Origin: Chrysomallon squamiferum
Taxonomy: Eukaryota > Animalia > Mollusca
DNA: 64,000 nt
Assembly: GCA_012295275.1 (NCBI GenBank)
Contig: CM022665.1
Location: 17,422,001-17,486,000 of the forward strand
Direction of reading: 5' to 3'
The notes beneath the pieces are model-generated. The model saw only the letters and a list, made by a program, of their open reading frames with translations. It was not told where the DNA came from and did no database searches. Below are positions 50,301 through 62,581 of the stretch, one piece after another. Both the position numbers and the translations under genes were made by a program. Every line of letters begins with the position of its first letter. Position 1 is the stretch's first letter.

Positions 50301-53300
50301 AAAATATATTTAATGTGTTGTTGATCAAACACTGATCCATAACATTAACATTAAATGAAAAGTAATTTCTAGTTCTTTATGGTAATAGAACATTTTGTGG
50401 ACATTTACCATATAAAACATTTTGCAAAATGTAATTTTGAAAAGTGTAATAAACATTAAATGTTTTTATGTGATTTAATCTTTTTTTTTTATATTAAATA
50501 TTACAAACTAGCTTTATGAACTATGAAAATATAAATACTTCACACTTTCAGTCATTTTATAAATTATTGTGTATAAAATATCTTCAAATGCTAGCCTGAT
50601 AAAGCCAGTTTATTTAGAATAATTCCCAGATGATCAACACTCAGATAGTCAGCAACACTAGATGAAACTGATCCTAGAAAGTTTTTCCAGATGTCAGTAA
50701 TATTTTTCTTCAAGGCCTTTAGTGATGTATCTTTCCTAAAAATAATAATATAATAATAGTGACAATACTTTGACCTATAATACAAAAGTTCTCATTTGAT
50801 TTATATCAGATAATAATTTAAAAAAATATTAACTGCATATAAAGAAATTACATTTAGCTTGTCCAAAGAAATTATTAACAAAAACCAAAAGATGAAAACA
50901 AAATGTTTTTAAATTATTTAATGGATCAAAATACTTTTTGACTTTCTGGTTGAAATGCTTTTAAAACCTCATCCTCATCAGAAAATGAAATAAAGATGAA
51001 GGTTTGTAATTAATTTTCTTTTAAAAATGAAAGGAAAGTTAAAAAATAAAAATAAAATATGAATTTATTACCAGATTTATTAAATTATCAGAAAACTCCG
51101 AAAATGGTAAACTAATTTGTAAATATGTTATAAAGAAAAAAGTAACATTTAAATTGTTTTCTTCTGCCACTATATCACTTTACATTTTATCAGTATTTTC
51201 ACACTGATAACAGCAGTATATACATCACTGAATGTATTTGTCAGTGTCACAAAATATTTTCACTGTTGAAACTTTAATTGGTTAGGCCTTGCTGCATGAG
51301 CACATCAAGAATTAATAATGGACAATTAGTGATGATTCATTTTTAAGATTTTATGTGTTCTCTTTTTAATAAATGCCTTATGAGTATGGTGCATTTATTT
51401 TAAATATAAAAATAATTTCTGTCACTGAAAATGAAATGAGAAGCATCAAAAGCTGAAATAAATCCACCTCATGCAATAAAATTGAAAACTTCCAGAAACA
51501 CATCTAATATTTAAAACATTGTTATTTATATAAATCTATTTTCTACAATAATGGAAAATCAAATTTATTCTTAGCATTCATTTAAAACATGTTATACTCC
51601 ACAAACTTTTCTTATGTACCTAAACTGTTGTGGAAGATTCTCTATCAAATTAGCAGCCCTTGCAGCAAATGAGGTGTCTTCTGATGTCCATCCAGAAAAC
51701 TGCACTGTATCTGGATCTAAAATAATCTCTGCTGGATCAACAACTGATGACTGGAATTCTTCATCTTCACTGTGTTCCAAACACCATGTAATTCCTAAAA
51801 TAATTGCATTTTTGATAACAAATTATGAATTTTAAAATTCAACAAACTATTCTGCTAAGAATATTCAGGTTGATGATGAAGTTACATGAAATAAAACAAA
51901 CACTATTCATTTTGTATCTTTTGAAGACTGAAGTATTCTTTTATCTTTTAACAATAAATTAATTAGTAACAATAAAATAGTAATCCAACCTTCATCAATA
52001 TCAGCATTCGAAACATGCTTAAAGGCAGCAAGAGCCTGTCTCTCAGTAAATCCAGAATTGACCACTTCTTGTATAAAATGTTGCTCAACATTTTGACTTC
52101 CAATTATTCCTTTTTCTGCTTCTTCCAGCTCTGATTCTTCCATTTCCTCTATCTGGAATATTTCATCTTTTGCCTTTTGCATGGCTTGCTGTAAATTGAC
52201 CATGGTACATTCAGGTTTAATCAATGACAGCAAAGGGAATATCAAACTTGATGGTTCCTTTTCAGTACCAATTTTAATCATCTCTCTCTGAAGAAACACA
52301 AGCTGCTTAATTGTGTAATGGTTCAGCTCTAAATAACTATTCCTTTTGTTACTTAAATATTTCAACCATTCTAAATGGAATTCATCAAATATTTTTGCCA
52401 GTATATTTACAAAATCTTCAAGAGGGCTCTCCTGTCGACTGCCTTTCAGCAATTCAGAGTTTTCTCCAAAATCTAATATGACACAGGCTTCACGAGAATC
52501 ATCACAAAAGAAAGTTGCTTTCCAGCAGTTGAAAAGAACACAACCATCTGAGACAAGGTTTATGAATGTCTTTGAAAGTCGTACTATGCCATCTAAAATC
52601 TTAAATACACAAAATAAAAAATAAAATAATCATTATTAGGGAAAACCCCTTGTTGTGAACAAATACTATGATAATTAACCTTAGTTTCCATATTAACAGT
52701 AATAAAAAATCCTAATTTCATTTACCAATAAAGCAAATAATTACACTGAGTACCATTAGATCAGTGATTAGAGCAGTGAAATGAGGTACAATACTATACA
52801 GAAATTACAAACAGTTTCATGAAAACTTATGGTATGTGTCTCCCTGTTTAACAGAAGATTCATATAAAGAACCTAACAAAATTAGCTCTTTCAATTTATT
52901 TTCAGATAAAAACCAAGAGTAACACCTAATAATTATAAATTGAAGGTGACAGTGAAATAATAGCTTAAATACTTTGTCTACATTTTTATCATACAGTTAT
53001 GTTTTATATCTGCTAATAAAACAGTACAACAGTATAACAGTATATTGGCATTTTGTAATGGACCTTGCTAGTTTGCCCATCTTGAGCCATAATTGTGATA
53101 TCACTAACTCAGTAAAGGTGCCTAATCATTTTATCATTGATTTTTAGTTTCATTTTTATTTTAATTTAATAGTGCAGAATTTTGTCTGACTGCACTGTTC
53201 ACAAGTTGTTCCCTGGCTGCTATCGTCACTTGAGTTATCTCTAAGTAGTAACCAATTATAAACTTTCTTACTCTACCATTATTTCATTGTAAATATCATG

Positions 53301-56300
53301 TAGGAACGATCTTATACATTACAGCTTCTATATACCTCTCTTTTTTCTCAGACTTATCAGTGATGTAGATGATATACTGACCAGATGTCGCAGTGTTTTA
53401 TAACAGTTGGTATAGTACTGTCAATAAAATAATAAACATACAAGTAGTTCTGCCTTCTGATTGCATTTTATAAATCTTACCACAAAATGATTACAGTGAC
53501 ATTGTTTAAAATTTTAAATAATTGACAGTCCTGTGTCTAAATTATGAAACCATTGCTGCATTTTTCTTCTTTTTTTTATTTTGCTTTGAAACATGATATT
53601 CTTGATTTTTCCACCTGCTGTTTGTCCACTCTCAAGGTTTAAATTCTATCTAATTGTCTTTCAGCAATTAATTAATCCCAAGAATCATTGTACAAACAGA
53701 AAATCATTTCTGTTGTATGCATATTTTGTTTTGAAATAGTTATATATGACAAAGGGACAAATACAGCAGAACTGAGATTGTCAGACAGCAATCTTTTATT
53801 GCAAATGTAACAGAGAAATATAGCTGCTGTTTTATGTCATTTTTTTTTTACATTAATTCATCCTTGTATCAATTCATTCAGGATAAGTGAATGTTAAAAA
53901 ACAAAACAACCACATATCTAAATCTCATACAAATGTGTGTTTTTTCTTACCATCATAAACTGTTCCACATTTTCCTTTCCTTTTTCAGCTCTTCCTGCAA
54001 CCAACATTAGCCGACTTTGAAGGTCCACCAACTGATCATAAGAATACTTCCTAACATCTTTCCCACCAGCATTTTCCTCAGGCATCACATGTAAGCTGAT
54101 AACATGATTCAAGTCCTGAAATATAATATATATACTACTAACACTATTAAAACATTTTAATCTTAAACTTTTGGGTTAATACAAACAGACATTTACATCA
54201 AGCCAGCATGGACAATATATATGTGTATATGTGTATGTATATGTCAAACAGCTTAAACAATTATAGTGTTAGGAAACTAAATTGAGCTACATCCTTTTTT
54301 CTTTTTTTGATTTCACTATTTTATTAAATATAAAAAGTAATGCTTCTTTTTCAATCACTAAATGCAATTTATTTAGATACCAGATGAGAAGATGTAGTTT
54401 CCCTGCTCAGACATCCAGTGCGATATATTCCTCGTGAGTTGATCATACCAGCTTGACTCAATGATGTTACTTCCACAGATCCATGAGACTGGCTCACCTC
54501 CTTCAGCCAGTCCAAAAATCGTCCTGTATCACGCTAATTAAATGTATAAATACAAAAACTTACAAATAGAATTACATACTAGTAATATCAATATATGTGA
54601 TATGTCTAATGTGACATGTCTAATGTGAAATTCATTACATTCAGAATCATAAATAGCATTTCTTCTTTCACATTCAAAGTTTTCTATTTTCACATTTAAA
54701 AACAAAATGTTCACAAAAGTCATTATTAGGAGTAAAATTTTGTTGTCATTAATATAACAAACAGATATTAATTATATTATGAACAGAAATAATTATTTTA
54801 ATATAATAGCATATAAGTAGTTATGATTAATATCCAGTAACCTTTATAAAGCAATAAAAACACAACCAATAAAATGGAGCAGAAAACCATCATGAGCACT
54901 TACAAGCATGTATGGCAATTTTGGATTTGTTTCCAGCTCTCTCCAAACTGATTCACAGCCTTTCAAAAACATACTGTAATCACACTTTTGGCTGCATTCA
55001 AATATTAGTGGAGAATATCCCATTGTTGCAGCATGAAGACAGTTAACTTTATGAATTTCATGGTCTCCTTCTCCTGCAGAAATGTAGGCTAAGTCCACAA
55101 ACACTTTCAGTTCTTTCAAACCAGCTGTTGTTTAAAATAATAATATGATAATTATCATTACAAATCAGTTTAACTAACAACAGGCAATAAATAGTTTGCT
55201 TGTTTTTTGGGGGGGGGGTTGTTGTTTTTTTTGTCAGAAAAATGTTATAATTTAAAATATTAGGATGTCTTATAATTAAAAACAGTAAAAAAAATATATT
55301 TATTTCAACTTTGTTCTTACTGAATTTTCCACAACTTCTTATACTGAATGTTTTAAACATGTACTAATATACAGCAGAAATGTGTTCATTTTAATCTAAT
55401 TAATTTAAAATAGGGTCAGAGTTAAACATAAGTTATAAAAAGAACTATAATTTTAAAAAATCATTTCACACCTTTCATTGATTCTCTGAGCCAATCAACA
55501 AGAGGCTTACTTTCCCTGAATGCAATTAGACTTTCTATTTGTTTTTTATTTACATTTTCTAATAATTTGCAGGTGTCTAAGACTGACTTATCCATTTCTT
55601 TCATGGCAGTAGTTTCGTTCTGAGTCTGAAAAGAAATTGAAAACAAAACCAAAACACATTAAAAAAGCAAAGAAACTTGTTTTTAATTAAAATATTTCTT
55701 AACATAAAGAAAAAATATGTTGATAGGTGCATGTTTCATTATTGTTTGTTGGTTGTATTAAATACTCATGACTACTAAATTGTTTTTCACTTATTTACCT
55801 TAATTAAAATCTATTAATGAGTACATTATTGTTGTTATGTATTTTGTTCATGATTTTCTGTCAGATGCAAAAATGAAGCTCACTCATGTTTTTAAAATTA
55901 TATGTATTTAAATCAGATTGCAAACTAACTTCATCATGAGTCTTTAACTTAAAATTACTGAAAGTGATACCAGATTCAAGATTTCCTTGATTGGGTTGAA
56001 ATTGCCAGTGAAACCAAATTCTTCTTGAATCTCCATAATTTCTGCAGCAGCTATTTGACATTTATCCACCAGACAAAATGTTTTAAGCTGCTCTATTCGT
56101 TCCTCCACCCATTTATCAGATCCTTCACTGTTCATGATAGTGAACTCAAGTTTGATTTGATCATAGTTTTCATTGAAATTGACAATGTGTTTCCAAATAC
56201 CTTGAAATGAAATTGTTCCATTTTTAATGTCTGTACTTAGTTCATCCCATTTCTTTTTGGTTTCATTCCATATGTTGACAACTGAATGTAAATCATTTGC

Positions 56301-59300
56301 AGGAGGACCATCTCTGGCTCCTTCCTTTTGCCACATTTTCTGGAACAGTATACTATTCATCAATTTTTTCAGCTGAGGAACAATCACAAGAAGCTTCTCA
56401 GGAATATTGTATATGTTAACAGAAGGCTGATAATCACTAATGTCAAATGCCTTTTGCCTTTCAAGCACTAAAGGTTGACAAATTTGTTCAAGTGTTTGTT
56501 TATCCATAGTATCCATCATCTTCCTGACATGTAGTGATATGTCAGTGGTATCAACTACAATAGATACAGAATCATTTTATTTTTCCCTTTTAAATCTTAT
56601 TTGTACAACTGTAGAATATTTAAATATAAAATGATTTATCTGCATAATTTTCTGAAAGTTATTTTATTACTGAAGAAAAATAAAACACCTTTACATAGCA
56701 TTTTAAACACTCTAAACTAACAGCATAGCATCATTTGAGCAGATTTAAATAATACATGACTAATGAAATCTATATACAAGAAAAAGAAAAAGAAAATCAT
56801 AAATAGAGAAATTTATCTCTTGTGAAATATGTAACATTTATTTTATTTATATTTTTTACCCTATATAATAAACTTTTTATTTTATTTTTATTTTTTTATC
56901 TGGATTGATTTCTTATTTATACTGATCTTTATAAATTAACTTTATTATTTTCTAGATACATTTTAGAGACTTGTCTTTTTATTTTTTTCCTGTGTTAGAT
57001 TTTTCTAAGGGGTTTAACTTAAAGACAGTGCAATGTTTTGTTGGGGTTTTTTAATTATTATTATTGGATTTTTAAAAATATTTTCTAATCACATGTTCTT
57101 GTGCTATATAAATACAAAATCAGAAACTATTTAAAGATAAAATATTACCATTAAAATACTAAATACCTGATATCAGAAGTGCACAAAATGACATCAGAAC
57201 ATCAGTTTGGCTTAAATACTGATGAAAAGTTTTTAGTTCTTTTTCTCTAATTTGAAACACTTTTTCCAAATATTTCACATCTGTTTTCTGATTTATCTCT
57301 TCGGTGTAATTTGCTTCAGATGCCATAATGATTCTTAAAAAATTATCCTTTTCTGAAAGAACTTTCTTAAGATTTCCAACACCAATGCTTCCTTCTGTTA
57401 AGTTCTTTTTTATCTCGGTAAGAACATCAGTAGCCCTACACAGCAGTTCTAAACATCTGTCTGTCAGAAAACTTTGGGACTGTTCTCCATCTGTGATAAA
57501 AAGCAAAAAAAAAACTTTTAGTGTAAGATGTTGCATGTTTCTTAGGCAATTAATAATTAAAAAACAAAATGTTTTAATGCTTCTCACCATTTCTTTTTTG
57601 TGTGTCTGTGTGTGTGTGTGTGTGTGTGTGTTTTGTGCGTGAAATTAGCAGCCGCCTACAATGTATGAACATTTTTCCAAGTCCAATTGTTTTTCAGTAG
57701 AAATGTCCCTTAGATAAAGGAACACCTGCTGAATGCAGACGTGGACAGCATTTGTTTAATTGGTAGTCCACTGCTAAAGCAGACAGCATACTAATTTGGA
57801 TTTGTTGTCTCCAAAAAAAAAAAAAAATTATTTTATGGCAGCTTTATACAATATTTTTAAAGATGGTGTTGCCCATTTTCTGCACTTCACAGTGCATGCT
57901 GGGAGTGTTCTTTCTGTCGAATCACAAGAGCCCACAAACTGCAATCACCAAATGTTTGCCTGCCAAACTGTGGGAGACCAAACCATTTGGTACATAATTT
58001 TGATAATTTAATCATTCAACATCATTCAGATGAACTTGATATATTTGGAACTGTATTTCAGGAGAATGCCATGATGCTTGCTATGGCAATACCCAACCAT
58101 GACTATTTATGTTTGTTGTTGATACTGGATGTGAATAAAGATTGTAAATATGTTCAAACAAATTGTCTGTAATTTTTGTCCATTTGATGAGAGAACACCT
58201 GCAATGTAGGCTCACTTTTGCTCAGACCCATGGGTGTCCACACAAGACAGGAACTACCATATTATAGTATTTTTATTTTTTTTGGTTTAATGTTATAGCT
58301 GTTTTTAAACAGCAATAAAAAAAAAATAAAAATAATAATAATAATAATAATAATGAAATAAAAATTAAAATCTATTATTCTGAAAAAATTCTGTACAAAT
58401 TATGTTATTTTACATAATTACATTTTTATAGTCCATTACCATGGTTTCATTTAAGAAAGCATTTTGAGAAGATTAACCATGTAAAAAGATACTGGTATAA
58501 TAAAGATTAATTATCATGCTTTTAACCAAATGAATTAATAATAAAACTCTTTAATTAAACAATATAAACATAAAAAGACATTAAAAAAAACAAGTAAAAT
58601 TAAGAGGTTTTAATTTGAATCAGTACACCTGGTTTTCTTGAAAATTGTACTTTAACCAAAAATAGTATAATGTTAATAATAACTACATTCAGTTAGTCAA
58701 TAACAAATATATGATAAATAATTACATTTTCTCATTTAAAAGCATTTTTAAATTTTTAAAATAATATTTATGTTTAGTTACTTTGGTTATTTTTTATTTC
58801 ATGTTTAATAACATCAATACTTACAAAAACGTTCAAAATACTGCACTAGTGGTTTGAAACTGATAACAAAAGTTATCACATCATCAGAATTTTCATTCTT
58901 TGGCCACTGATTTTCTAACATCTTTGACATTAATGATCCAAAAGGTTTTGTCACTGGCACATATTGTGAATGTCTCTAAAATAATTTTAAAAATAATCAA
59001 TGTTAACCTAACATTAACAAACACATACACATACACAAACATGCTTATAACCATAGACATACATTTAGTATGAAGCAACAGTAACATCATGAATGATAAT
59101 TTAAAACAAATATATAAACTAATAATCTTTCAAGAGATAATATAACAGATTTTATAATCATAACAAATAAATATATTGATTTAAAATGGTTAATATATCA
59201 AAATATATTTAAACAATATAAAATGAACTAAAAATTCAAAATAATTAAAAACTGTCAGAGAAAACATAAATGTTAATATTATATCTTAGTTATTCATTAA

Positions 59301-59499
59301 ATTTATTAAATTTAATATTCAAATAGAATTAGAATCAACTTTGTTTTCTCAAGAATCTGTATACTGATTTCTCATATATTTTTATGTCCAATGTTAGGTC
59401 TCTGGGTCTAACAAACAGTCACAGTGATAGATGTGAAAATACAAACCACATCCTGAAATTACATGGAGCTATGACATGAAGACTGAGTGGTGTTTTTAC

Positions 59500-59531
<32 letters not shown>

Positions 59532-62500
59532 TTTTTTTTTCATTTTCCAATGTTATTTTGTGTGTGATGTTAACTATAAAATCTATTAATAAATTTGGCA
59601 GAAATTATTTTTATTTTTCATTTTGTTTCTGAAAATCAATTTCCAATATTTTTTCTTTCATTTCCCAATTTCATTTTAACTATTTTCATTAATTTAGAAT
59701 AATTAACAGGGAGATTTCATATTATCAATGGTGCCTTCTACTGAATTATGATTTTTTTTTTAAAAAAGAAATTCACTTCCAAGAACAGAGTTGTAAACTG
59801 ACTATGAAATATATTTATTACACTGTGTTGCTCTGAAAGGATTTTTGAACTATGAGTAGACAAAAAGTAAAGAAAGAAAAACAAAAGAAATGTATTAATG
59901 ATACCATCATTTCTTTTTCAAAAGACTGGAAAGTTGATGTTGTTAGTCTTTCCTTCAGTGCATCAGTTATCTGAGATTCCATGCCTGTTGTCAATACTTC
60001 AGTAGATCTGCTACTACTAAGCTAAAAGAAAATTAAATAAATTAAGAAAAGTAAAGTCTTATAATGATATAATTCATCATAATTTACAAATAAATCATAT
60101 TTATCTTATTTTTGTTGTTTTGAGCAACTTTTATTTTAATGCATCTAATCCTGTTAATTGCAGTATATTTTGTAATTATTTCAAAAAGACTTTCACTATA
60201 TTATTACTTTGTGTATGCACAATAATTGTTATTTTGATTCACCCAATTTGAGCCATGAAAGAATAAGTTTTTGTGTCTAAAAGATAATTTATAATAAAAT
60301 AACAAAGTTTTAGCTATATTTCATATAATACATACAGAAGATATTTCTTTTTCAAAAGCTCCTAAAAGTTTTTCTTTCCACCAGTGTTTCAGGTCACCTG
60401 CCAGCATCTGCATGTTTATTACATTGTTCCAAACCTACAAGCAAATTTAACATTTTTAAAATATATTTTATTTATTTGTTTATTAACATCTTAGTAAAAT
60501 AAATTCAAACCTGACCATTTCGTTAATGAGTATGTTAGAATCTTTTCAAAATTAAGGTTACAATCTAATTATATTTTCCTCAAACCTATTCACCATTATG
60601 TAAACTCAAATGAAAAAGTCTTACCATCAGTGCTTCTTTTAAATGATGCTGAGATGAATAGCCAAAATAATGGGTTTTTTTCAGCCAATCAAATGTAGCT
60701 GTTTCAAGACATTCAAGCAGTGACTTAGCTTCTTCCATCACTGATGTGTTAAACAATTCTATCTTATTATCAACCAAACACTGGTGAGCAGTACCCAAAC
60801 CACTAACCACAGCCAGAGATAGAGAAATAATTGGTAGAACAACCTCTGTTTCACAAAAACCTTTCAGGTTGTCATCAACAAGATCTTTCACAACAATACT
60901 TGACAAATGTAATTGTTCTGTGATCATCTTCACATTTTCCCTGAAAATAGCATACTGATAATTAACAAAATAATTGATTCTTAATATTTAAAAAGTTCAG
61001 TTAAAATGAAAAATGTATTTTTAATTAACTGCATTACTGATTCTTTCATTGCTGTAATTTATAATATTACTTTTTAGGCATAAATGAAAACAGGAAAATT
61101 TGACTATATTTTCAAAAAAAAAAAAAAAATTTTTTATTTATATGCAGCTTCATTACTTTAATACTTAGCAATAATAAAAATATATATGTAACATAAAATT
61201 AATATAATAATAATTATTTACATTATTTTTTTACTGAATAACTTAATAATAAACCAAACATTATTTATTTAAATATTTGAATAATTTTAAAGTATTTTAA
61301 AACTAATTAAAACTGTTCTCTCAAAAAACAAAAACAACAACAACAAGAAAAACCAAGAAGAAAAAACCAATTTAAAGATAAACAGATAATAAAATGAACC
61401 CATGTTTAAATTCTGTGTAACAATTTGTTTTGGTGCAGATAACAATATGTTTTAAAGTGGTAAAATGTATGTATGTATGTATGTATACATATATGTGTGT
61501 TTTATAAATGATTACTACACACAAATACAGATATATACATGTGTGTGTGTGTGTGTGTGTGTGAAGGTGAACATTTTTGAAACTTTAACCTCATTACTGA
61601 AAAACAATCTGAAATACCTGATAGTTCAAAACCATCACAAATAAAATATAGCACAGTAAAATATTTGCTTTTCTGGATATCTTATAAAGACCTATTTTAT
61701 TTCTTTAAATTGCTATTCATACCGGTTATTCTACACTTACTGTGATATCTGGCTTTCCTTTGTTTTAAAGTGATCAGCATTGTCTTGGAACAGTTTTGCA
61801 AACATCTGAAATGAAAAGCCACAGCCTGAACTTAAATAAAACTAATCAATAACCAAATGAAAAATATATTCATTTTCAACAATAAACATATTCTAAATTT
61901 TTTAACATCTAATCTTACAAATATGATGCATAAAAAGACTATACTATAAATATTTACTCAAACATCAAATAAACAGTTCAAATTAACACAATTTTGAATA
62001 TAAATCTGTTAGAAACAATAAAAAAAAAACAAAAAAAAAAAATAAATAAATAAATAAATGAAAGTCATGTAAAAAATTAAAATTAAATTTTTTTTTAAAT
62101 TACCTCTGAATTAAATCAAAGGTAGTAGAAACTGCAATTAATTTTCATCGCTAAAGAATTGTGCACTGACCCAGTGAAGCATTATTACCCACTCTGGAAC
62201 CACTGCTTTAGTAACTACACCTTATATATAAGGTCACAGAGAAGGCCATATTTAATTTATTTTAAATCAGCTAAATTTTATTATTTTCAATATTACTTTT
62301 TACTTTTATACATTCATAAAATTGCATTTTGGATACATATACATACTACAATCCTTTATTTTTCACAATTTTAAGTTTTATTTATCATTTTTCTTTAAGG
62401 CCAAGGATAAAGATTCCTCAACATCATGTAAATAAGACATTATAATTCATAGATTGTAGGATTCATTTATTACAATGTCATCATAACTGATTGCTGGATA

Positions 62501-62581
62501 AAATAATTTAACTTGGTATTGAAAGCATTTATAATGGCAGTACTGACATATTTAAATGGTTTTTCATCAGTGCAAGACTTT
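13744..62581 (-). CDS. RNF213: RNF213 (mysterin)-like giant AAA+ ATPase / E3 ubiquitin ligase; 5' end beyond the window; apparent frameshifts as assembled
   Basis: 83 exons traced with GT-AG boundaries and matching phases except where noted (transcript order): 62488-62581, 61741-61805, 60625-60940, 60336-60434, 59905-60021, 58825-58975, 57167-57490, 55971-56554, 55472-55625, 54904-55124, 54381-54533, 53951-54115, 51990-52599, 51620-51794, 50596-50735 (GC donor), 49877-49951, 49469-49575, 48888-49023, 48184-48385, 46969-47209, 46674-46817, 46020-46128, 45567-45732, 44798-44967 (+1 nt), 44161-44282, 43549-43746, 43265-43390, 42969-43089, 42526-42764, 42255-42337 (corrupted, no GT donor), 41815-41948, 41596-41688, 41028-41245 (frameshift), 40743-40903, 39675-39897, 39376-39546, 39074-39136, 38686-38795, 38217-38351, 37492-37651, 36729-36802, 36225-36354, 35332-35439, 34808-34893, 34291-34464, 34001-34124, 33637-33831, 33289-33425, 32734-32929, 31906-32371, 31580-31730, 31044-31402, 29586-29749, 29106-29327, 28669-28868, 28342-28462, 27993-28093, 27572-27754, 27065-27331, 26479-26602, 25529-25803, 24776-24884, 24324-24440, 23885-23986, 23558-23605, 23077-23271, 22770-22842, 22250-22284, 21623-21720, 21069-21222, 20449-20614, 20044-20144, 19773-19830, 19166-19368, 18508-18643, 17504-17584, 16900-17095, 16391-16610, 15861-15935, 14985-15179, 14646-14735, 14235-14434, 13744-13921 (TAA). 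RNF213 signature peptides: DPSWAELHHF, IMGETGCGKTRL, LFFDEANTTEAI, LVYRVQPLP, CSFVSLRDVER, LVGKPGSSKSLA, VVLDEVGLAEDS, GISNWALDPAKMNRG, FFGLRDFYSL, FGSSFPKDQEY, NLYESLYDALNQYY, VDLGLGTHRVKCRVH, FPIPLINRLEKH, LLWCATPDAV, AFLPTMP, CPNGH. The two most 5' exons are less certain. Confidence 0.93.
15562..15678. repeat. (ATTTT)n/(ATTT)n low-complexity tract
   Basis: Visible ttttattttattttatt array. Confidence 0.85.
18302..18484. repeat. Perfect 90-bp tandem duplication (period 93)
   Basis: 18302-18391 is identical to 18395-18484 (ataatttgaacttatctg...aattaaagattaagaa). Confidence 0.95.
19583..19660 (-). mobile_element. Decayed SINE 3' tail fragment, same family as 1346-1446
   Basis: aaggaagaaagaaatgtttttaatgacactcaatacattt...cagttatctg...aggacca resembles the recalled tail AAGGAAATGTTTTATTTAACGACGCACTCAACACATTT..CGGTTATATG..AAGGACCA. 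Confidence 0.45.
21282..21466. repeat. Degenerate 55-bp minisatellite (~3.5 copies)
   Basis: aagatcataaaca...ctaat..atttagaatca units start at 21282, 21337 and 21392, with a partial unit at ~21441. Confidence 0.8.
21623..22842 (-). CDS. RNF213: RZ finger (RNF213-ZNFX1 zinc finger) exons
   Basis: Exons 22770-22842, 22250-22284 and 21623-21720 give NAFLPTMPQNDLTEIKHLFTEVFYY-CPNGHAYAIGD-CGRPSVESRCNECGAKIGGTGHNL, the RZ consensus CxxGHxxxxGxCGxPxxxxxCxxCxxxIGGxxH. Confidence 0.92.
27572..27754 (-). CDS. RNF213: RING finger exon of the RNF213-like protein (C3HC4-type with His-to-Asp change)
   Basis: KIGSCSHCTSVFEAPPVVLPCKDKICQKCYYDLLAFEDHCCPKCHQDIP: C-x2-C-x12-C-x-D-x2-C-x2-C-x11-C-x2-C. Phases fit the neighbouring exons. 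Confidence 0.88.
32734..49575 (-). CDS. RNF213: RNF213 dynein-like six-AAA ATPase core (approximate boundaries)
   Basis: P-loop-like SKRAGVGKT (47161-47187); Walker A GETGCGKT (43041-43064) with Walker B FFDE (~42648-42659); Walker A GKPGSSKS (39750-39773) with Walker B VLDE (~39415-39426); ISNWALDPAKMNRG in exon 38686-38795. Same arrangement as the active AAA3/AAA4 modules known for RNF213. Confidence 0.9.
34972..35039. repeat. (TG)n microsatellite
   Basis: About 20 perfect TG units followed by a degenerate extension. Confidence 0.9.
36396..36464. repeat. (CT)n microsatellite
   Basis: About 34 perfect CT units. Confidence 0.95.
37967..38081. mobile_element. MITE (Tc1/mariner-pogo type) with ~26-bp terminal inverted repeats and TA flanks
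   Basis: Left TA-ctgctgactctcaatttcatggact; right agtccatgaaactgagggtcaacag-TA, whose reverse complement TActgttgaccctcagtttcatggact differs at 3 positions. About 111 bp between the TAs, no ORF. Confidence 0.75.
47300..47378. repeat. Compound (TG)n(TA)n microsatellite
   Basis: About 11 TG units followed by about 26 TA units. Confidence 0.9.
51771..52080 (-). CDS. UBA-like (ubiquitin-associated) domain inserted in the RNF213 stalk, split across two exons
   Basis: Spliced translation HFIQEVVNSGFTERQALAAFKHVSNADIDE|GITWCLEH fits the UBA consensus (helix-x-GF-x4-A-x2-A-hydrophobic ... A/G-hydrophobic-x-W-hydrophobic-hydrophobic-x-H), with acidic linkers on both sides. Confidence 0.7.
57694..58262. 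mobile_element. Possible decayed non-autonomous DNA transposon (pogo/Tigger-like)
   Basis: Block richer in GC than the surrounding intron. Left end cagtagaaatgtcc and right end gacaggaactaccata are loosely inverted; the sub-terminal motif gaacacctgc recurs near both ends (~57720, ~58193). Confidence 0.35.
61540..61563. repeat. (TG)n microsatellite
   Basis: Visible TG run. Confidence 0.85.

Noticed and set aside
52590-52601. Apparent phase mismatch at the acceptor ending 52592
   Set aside because: The upstream AG (exon starting at 52599, ILDGIVRL) restores phase 0.
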